NCBI GenBank assembly: GCA_951406725.2
Contig: OX597819.1
Span: 39,866,001 to 39,930,000, forward strand
Length of the DNA stretch: 64,000 bases
Direction: 5' to 3'
DNA from: Octopus vulgaris
Lineage: Eukaryota
The translations under genes and the position numbers were made by a program. The notes below the pieces were generated by a model, which saw only the letters and a program-made list of their open reading frames with translations, searched no databases and had not been told where the DNA came from. Positions 55,961 through 64,000 of this stretch are shown one piece after another. Position 1 is the first letter of the stretch. Each line of letters starts with the position of its first letter.

Positions 55961-57753
55961 TCAGACAGACAGGTAGAGAGACGGATTGATAGATACTGAC
56001 ATATATACACTGGTGTACATACAGTGACATCATTATATTGTCACATACATACTGACAGACACACATACACACACAGGCATACGTTCACACGCATACATAC
56101 ACACACAGACAGATATATATATATATATTTCCGCATCCATACTGTCACATCTCTATTGACGCATTCACGTTGATAAATAACACATGCGAGCGCATACTGA
56201 CAAATATATACGGATATGTACATTTGTAGATGTGCATAATATTAAAGTCAGTTAAACGTGCCAATGTTTGCACAAGCAAAATGGTTTACATGGGAACACA
56301 TGTGCATTTATCTGTTGTGTGTTTGTGTGTGTTTGTGTGTGTGTGTGTGCGTGTGTGTGTGTGTGTGTGCGTGTGTGTGTGTGTGCGTGTGTGTGTGTGT
56401 GCGTGTGTGTATGTGTGTTGCGTGCGCACAAGTGCCTTGTGTATGCAACTGAATGCATGCTAAAGAGCATGTGTGTATTTTAGAATGTGAAAGTACATAT
56501 GCAAATGTATGATTATACATGTGGAACTGTATGTGTGTGTGTGCGCGTGTGTGGAAGTGCATTGCAGGTGTGATTGGTCGGCTGGCTTTTTTTTTTTTTT
56601 TTTTGGTTGGTTGGTTGGTTGGTTGGCTGGTTGGTTGGTTGGTTGGCTGGTTTGTTGGTTGGTTGGTTGGTTGGATAGTTGTATTGTTGCGTGAAAATGT
56701 GTAGTGTCTTACATCACCATTTTACACATTTGGCATATATTTACATGTCCTAGAATAGCAAGAAACTTAAATGACTCCGGTAAATATTGAACTCAGAGCA
56801 TAGAAACACAAAATAGTAAATCGTTTACTTCGATCTTTGGAATGCTTTAGTATTCCACCAACTTGAGGCATGAAACTATCGAAACCTCTTCAAACATTAG
56901 ACCTTACCCCTTACTTTGCTTAATCACTCAGTAGGCAGGAAAATAATAGCCAAAAAAATCGTGAAAACACGCTTGGACATCTTATTAAATGTATTCTAGA
57001 TTTATAATGCTTCGAAGAAAAGATAAGATTGTTGAAATATCTTTGATCATAGGTCTGTTGGATGCAGTCTAACCAAGGACCATCAACAACACTACACTGC
57101 ACATGTCTTCATTTTCGTTGCACTTTAAATTGACTTCAAAGTTGTTATTTCTTTACTACCCACAAGGGGCTAAACACAGAGGGGACAAACAAGGACAGAC
57201 AAACGGATTAAGTCGATTATATCGACCCCAGAGCGTGACTGGTACTTATTTAATCGACCCCAAAAGGATGAAAGGCAAAGTCGACCTCGGCGGAATTTGA
57301 ACTTAGGACGTAGCTGCGGACGAGATTTCGCTAAGCATTTCGCCTGGCGTGGTAACGTTTCTGCAAAGACAATTTGACATCAAAGTGTCTTGTAACAATC
57401 AATGTACAATGTGTTCTCGATGTCGTAAGAATTTAATAAACTTTCGAGAGAACGTGAACTAATTCGTTTTTGGAATATCTCGAAGCATTCATATAAAGCT
57501 ATAAATAATATCTAAATATTGGATCGAAAACCCTTTTTGAATACAAAAACCCGAAGGCTGCTCGCGGGACACGTACCCACATCCCCTGTCTCACAGACAG
57601 CCTTCGACTTTTTCTATCCAAAGAGGAATTTACATGTTATTATTTATAGTTTTATGAGTGCACCTCGAGATATTCCAAAAACGAATTATTTATTGTACAG
57701 TTTATCTATAACAATCCAGTATAGAGCAATCGTCTATAAGTAGTTAACTCTGT

Positions 57754-58180
57754 ACTCTCTTTTACTCTTTTACACGATTCAGTCATTTCACTGCGGCCAT
57801 GGAGCACCACCTTTAGATGAGCAAATCGACCCCAGGACTTATTCTTTGTAAGCCTAGTACTTATTCTATCGGTCTTCTTTGCCGAACCGCTAGGTTTCAG
57901 GAACATAAACACACCAGCATCGGTTGTCAATCGACGGTGGCGGGGGGGGGGGGGCAAGCAAAAATACATATATACATATATATATATACATACATATATA
58001 TATATGTATATATATACACACTACGGGCTTCTTTCAGTTTCCGTCTACCAAATCCACTCACAAGGCTTTGGTTGGTCCGAGTCTATAGTGGAAGAGGCTT
58101 GCCCATGTACCACGTAGTGGGACTGAACCTGGAACCATGTGGTTGGGAAGTAGGCTTCTTACCACGTAGCCACGCCTGTA
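57754..58180 (-). mobile_element. SINE family A
   Basis: Tail, core and head. Confidence 0.8.
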
Positions 58181-59219
58181 CCTATTTTACTTTCAAAGGA
58201 TTGGAAGACAAAGGTTAGTGGTCCCTGATAATTCTTTAACGAAATGACGAAACTAAAATCAAAAGACCCATAGAAGACTGAAATAATTACTGAGAAATGT
58301 AATGAGTTGAAGAGAGTCTCCCGTTTAGAGTTAAATAAACTTCCCTGAAAAAATATCATTAAATTCAAGATCCTACGTACACATGGAAAATTGAACAATA
58401 AAAATATGTTGGAAGTAAAATAAATTTGATTGTATACGCAACAGTAAACACTCTGCTATGGCATGGCAAATTGCTAATGAAATTTTTCTAACATTCCCTG
58501 CATTACTTTCGTGGAAATCTTACCGTGATGCGGAATTCCAAAGCACGAAATGCTTTGCTAGTGGCCGTGTTCTATGTCCCAAAAGCCAATGGGAATGTGC
58601 TTTACGTTACAAAATTTGACGCCACCGTAAGATTTTCAGAAATGCAGTGTTTCCGTAACATTTGGGGTTGTTTCTACATATCTGTAAAATTATTTCTACT
58701 TATTCGTAATTTTTCCTCCACTACAAAATTGCGAGAATATAACTCTGCAGGAGCGCCTAAACGGGTGGGACATTTCTAGAACCTTCTCGGTAAACCGTCA
58801 GCATGCTCAATAGACCGATAGAAATTGTTTTCACATTGGATGAACTTGCTGAATCCTGAAATGGACCAAACAGGAAAGTGGCTGGCCTTAAATCTGGATG
58901 TCAGAAGCATTCATTAATATGCCCCTTCAGTATACAATCAAAACACGGTTGAAAAACAAATTTAGCCTGGCTAAAATCACTGAAGGCTTATTTTTGGCTG
59001 CATCACCCCGTGGTCCACTTGTGGTCGCAGTTATTACAAGGGAGATCATCATTTCTTCACAAGATTTGATGAGAATAGAAATATGAATTTTGAAATTATG
59101 GAATAATAGGAAAGCGATGCATAGAATACACAAATTTAGTCTTTTTTCAAATTATTACAAAGTTGAGAGCAGCAAAAATGTACAAATTGTTGCTGAATAA
59201 TACACAGGCACAATACATA

Positions 59220-59620
59220 TAGGTGCAGGTTATATGGTAAGAAGCTTACTTCCCAACCACATAGATCCGGGTTCGGTCCCACTGCGTGGCACCTTGGGCA
59301 AGTGTCGTCTACCATAACCTCGAGCCGACCAAAGCCTTGTGAGTAGATTTGGTAGACGGAAATTGAAGGAAGCCCGTCGTATATATATATGTATATATTT
59401 ATGTGTGTGTCTTTGTTTGTCCATCCCATCACTTGACAACCGATGTTAGTGCGCTTACATCGCCGTAACTTAGCGGTTCTCAGAAGAAACCGATAGAATA
59501 AGTAATAGGCTTACAAAGAATAAGTCCAGAGGTAGATTTCTTCGACCAAATGGTGGTACTCCAGTATGGCCCCAGTCAAATAACTGAAACAGCTAAAAGA
59601 ATAAAATAATAAAAGAAAAG
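59220..59620 (+). mobile_element. SINE family A
   Basis: Head, core and tail. Confidence 0.78.
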
Positions 59621-59719
59621 TGATAACTCGATAAAATCATGTGAAAAATCCAAAATGGGTTTACGGAAAATTGGTCTACTGTTGGACAAATCTTAACAGC
59701 CAAAAGAATCATTGAAAGA

Positions 59720-60990
59720 GTAAGATCAACAAGGAGTTTTACTGTTTATCAACTTCCCGAAAATTCATTGACTCTGTCCACCAATGAAAAATAGAATAAC
59801 TCCTTCTAGTAATACATTTAGAAGGAGTTGCAGTAGTAATGGCACTCTACAAGAATACGAGAGCTAAATTACAATCACCTAAAGAAGATATCGATTTGTG
59901 TTGTCAGTTCAGGTGTTTTGCAAGCATCACTCGTGTTTATCATCTGCCAAAACTACATACTTTTCACTTCGATTGACACCTGCTCTCATTGCCCAATCAC
60001 AAAAATATAGGACACTTATTATGCCGATGATGACGCTTTCTTCGCAGACACCAGTTTAGATGTTTATCACCTTTCGACATGATCATAAAACAGCGCTAGA
60101 CGATATTGGTCTCTATGTCAGTTTCACAAAGTTTGAATACATCTGCTATCGAGAGTTCAATAAGCACAATCAAACAAAACCTTTTAAAATCTGAAGAAGA
60201 ATACTACTTAAAAGTACTTTAAGAAGTATTTCATGAAATACTTTGGAAGTAACATCGCAGTTACAGACAAAAAAAAAAAATATTTGCCATGACAACTTAG
60301 GCTGTTCTTAATGGCCTCTATGTCATCTGGAAATCATTGCTACCTAATGATCTTCAATAGAGGCACATGGCCTAGTGGTTAGAGCAGCAGCTTCGCGGTC
60401 GAGGGATCGCGGGTTCGAATCTCAGACCGGGCGATGTGTGTGTTTATGAGCGAAACACCTAAGCTCCACGCGGCTCCGGCAGAAGGTAATGACGAACTTC
60501 TGCTGACTCTTTCACCACAACTTTCTCTCACTCTTTCCTCCTGCATCTTGCAGCTCATCTGCAACGGACTGGTGTCCCTTCCATGTGGGGAACCTATGCA
60601 CCAAGGAAACCGGGAAACCGGCCCTTGTGAGTCAGGCATGGTTCGAGAAGGAACAAACAACAACAACAACAACAACAACAAAATGATCTTCAGAGAGGCT
60701 TCTTCCGTGCAATTGTAGATTTAGTGATGTGCGACCCTACCGTATGGACTCTCACCAAACACATGGAAGCAAGGATTGTGGTACTTACAGCTGTATGTTA
60801 TATTCTGTTCTGAATATCTTATGGAGAAGGCATCCGACTAAAGAATGACTGTAAGACAGTCGTGTTGCAATCAATTATGCCATGTCATTAGAAAGGCAAG
60901 TGTATGTTGTTGGATATTTCTGAAGAGCTAAACGGGAACACATTATTGATACACTCGTATGGATATCTCGACATGGATATGTACGGGTGG
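59720..60990 (+). pseudogene. Highly decayed RTE-like RT fragment, interrupted by a SINE
   Basis: Relics ALYKNTRA, GVLQ and YADD (~60020). Confidence 0.55.
60357..60681 (+). mobile_element. tRNA-derived SINE with (AAC)n tail and 11-bp TSD
   Basis: TSD AATGATCTTCA at 60346-60356 and 60682-60692; TGGCCTAGTGG and GGTTCGAATCT boxes. Confidence 0.85.
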
Positions 60991-61719
60991 GCAGTTAGTC
61001 AGAATTCTTCATCGGTTAAATGTGCGTGAACAACTCTGTGTTACCCTGACGACCTAGGGTCAGGCAAATCTGAGCAAGCTTTATCAAATGAAATTGAAAT
61101 ACAAAACTGGACAAAATTCGGTCTTATTAGTGTTCCTCAGCGAAAGTAGGCGTCATAGTACTGACTAGAGTAGTTGGGAGATCACTAAGTAAAAGTAAAA
61201 TGTTTTACACGAACACGTAAGAACAATTAACATATTTTAAAACATACATTTCTGAAATTAATTATTCAGGAAGCCATTCACATGAAAAGCAATAGTTATA
61301 CTTTACTGTTACACGTCTAAAATAGTGAGAATCAAAAATCTAATTTCAAACACCCATTAGCAAGTAAAAAAATAGCTTAATCAGTAACGCAAGTATGTGA
61401 GACAATCCCGAATACGTTTCGGTTTTGTAACACCTCCTCAGTGACAGATAAATTTCGACATATTTGCGAAAGTAATGATGATTGAATCACGAAGTTAACA
61501 TGCAGTATTGTACATCAGTAAGTGCGAATAAATAGCCTAGTGGTGATTCCTCTGTGATAAGTAAAATTAGAGACATTCTACTGATTTCCAAGAGAGTTCG
61601 ATCTTTCTTCATATCTTAACTTTCGCAGAAGTTTTTGTATCTATTGGAAAATATGTAATCCAAAGGCAATATATGTGTGTGCGTGTGTGAGTATGTATGT
61701 AAATGTATACATATGTATA

Positions 61720-61780
<61 letters not shown>

Positions 61781-61886
61781 ACATACATACATACATACAT
61801 ATATATATATATACATACATATATAATATATGTGTATATATATATATATATAAATCTATTGTGTAAATATACATGTATATATAAAC

Positions 61887-61938
<52 letters not shown>

Positions 61939-62455
61939 GTATATATGTCTGTACTTGTCTACCTCTCAATCCATCTATCTCTCTATCTATCAATCTATCT
62001 ATCTATTTATGCTTATTTTACTTCTTACATACATTATTTCAAGTCTTGCTTTATGATTTGTTTTTGTTTTGTTTTTCCTTTTTTTTTTTGTTTTTTTGTT
62101 TTTTGTTTTTGTTTTTGTTTTGTTTTTTGCAGCAAGAGAATTTCAAGATGAAAAATATTTCCTGTACTCGTTTCACCTGCCAGGTTTTCCTATTACCTCT
62201 ATTACGAAGGATGTAGTTCGCATTTCAGTTAAGATGCAAAAGAATGACAGAAAAACAAAAGATATGATATTGATAAGGAAAAAAAAAAACTACAAATAAT
62301 TTTTAATAACTTTTTTCATGCAGTGAAAAAAACTATACATTTAGGAAACTTATATCATGTGAATATTTTAAACACACACACATACACAAACACCACACAT
62401 ACACACACATACACATATACACATATATACACACATATACATATACATATGTATG

Positions 62456-62499
<44 letters not shown>

Positions 62500-62581
62500 T
62501 ATATATATATATACGTACTTATATATATACATATATATGTATATATATATATATTTATGTATATATATATACATATATATG

Positions 62582-62626
<45 letters not shown>

Positions 62627-62733
62627 GTGTGTGTGCCTGTGTGTAATATTCGATAAAAACAGCAAAATTTTCAGCCTGGTTTTATGTATACGTATATATG
62701 TGTATCCGTTTATATGCGTGTGTGTGTGTATGT

Positions 62734-62809
<76 letters not shown>

Positions 62810-62890
62810 TATATATGGATATATATGTGCGTTTGTGTGTTTATATATATATATGTATGTATATATGTGAGTGTGTGTGTTTGTATTTAC

Positions 62891-62921
<31 letters not shown>

Positions 62922-63282
62922 TGTATGTATGCATGTATGTATGTATGTATGTATGTATGTATGTATGTATGTATGTATGTTTGTGTGTATGTATGTATGT
63001 ATGTATGTAAGTACGTATGTATGTATGAATGCATTGTCAAGGATGTACACATAACAGATATGTTCATGTTGTGTATATTTGTGAAAACGAGAATAAGAGA
63101 GTGTTTTATACGTATATATATCGGCATATATACGCGTAGTAATGTAAATAGGAGAGTAATAGGGAGAGTAAGAAAGAGTATCTATGTCTGCATCTGAAGA
63201 AGTGTATATGTTCTGTGGTCCCATGTGTGTAAGCAGCAATGTTTTTATATGAGTGTTTAGGTTAAAGGATAGATTATGTGTT

Positions 63283-63313
<31 letters not shown>

Positions 63314-63381
63314 AGGAAAGAGAAAGAGAGAGAGTGTGTGTATACATTTTCTACGCATGTATAAATATATCTGTATGTATG

Positions 63382-63508
<127 letters not shown>

Positions 63509-63558
63509 ATATATATAATATATATATATATATATGCACAAATATATATATATGTATG

Positions 63559-63693
<135 letters not shown>

Positions 63694-64000
63694 ATTACAC
63701 ATGCAAATATCTTCACAAATGTTTACGCACACGGGCACTCACACATGAAAATTATATAAAATATAATTTCTTATCTATTTGGTCGTGTGTGTAATAGGAG
63801 AAATTTAATACAAAACATCAGATTCAAAATTCGGCGGTGGTGTGCATTGCATTTGAGTGTTAAAAAAAAGGAACGAAAAACGTTAAGAAGATAAAATATA
63901 TTAACAAAATATTTTAGCTACAAAAGATGAGACTCACATTTCATTCGAGACTGCATTGTACTCGAATAAATGCAATAATATCTTAACATATATAATAGTA

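Noticed and set aside
58840-59090. Possible host exon
   Set aside because: Non-repetitive-looking, but no recognisable protein motif or convincing splice sites in any frame
60357-60430. tRNA genes (also SINE heads at 28818, 50094 and 19113)
   Set aside because: A/B boxes continue into SINE bodies, several with tails and TSDs; no proper acceptor stem

Overview
AT-rich, microsatellite-saturated eukaryotic DNA. The SINE families and the (TA)n/(CA)n/(TACA)n load suggest an octopod cephalopod (inference). No host protein-coding gene is recognisable, and almost all of the ORF track is translated microsatellite. The window is a nest of transposable elements: tRNA-derived SINEs, non-autonomous Helitrons, mariner/maT remnants, a Merlin-like MITE carrying TTAGGG repeats, RTE LINE fragments and a Tx1/L1-type ORF1 inside a SINE. 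The dominant theme is Penelope-like elements (PLEs) with minimal type-I hammerhead ribozymes (HHRs). The best example, at 21.5-25.6 kb, has ~1.16-kb inverted repeats, each carrying an HHR, flanking an intact 450-aa reverse-transcriptase-less Zn-finger/GIY-YIG ORF. The same tail-pLTR(HHR)-spacer-inverted pLTR layout, mostly bounded by (TA)n, recurs in several unrelated elements, down to a 330-bp hairpin. A retrozyme-like 354-bp HHR unit sits inside a larger inverted duplication. All alignments and folds were done by eye; nothing was computed or searched.
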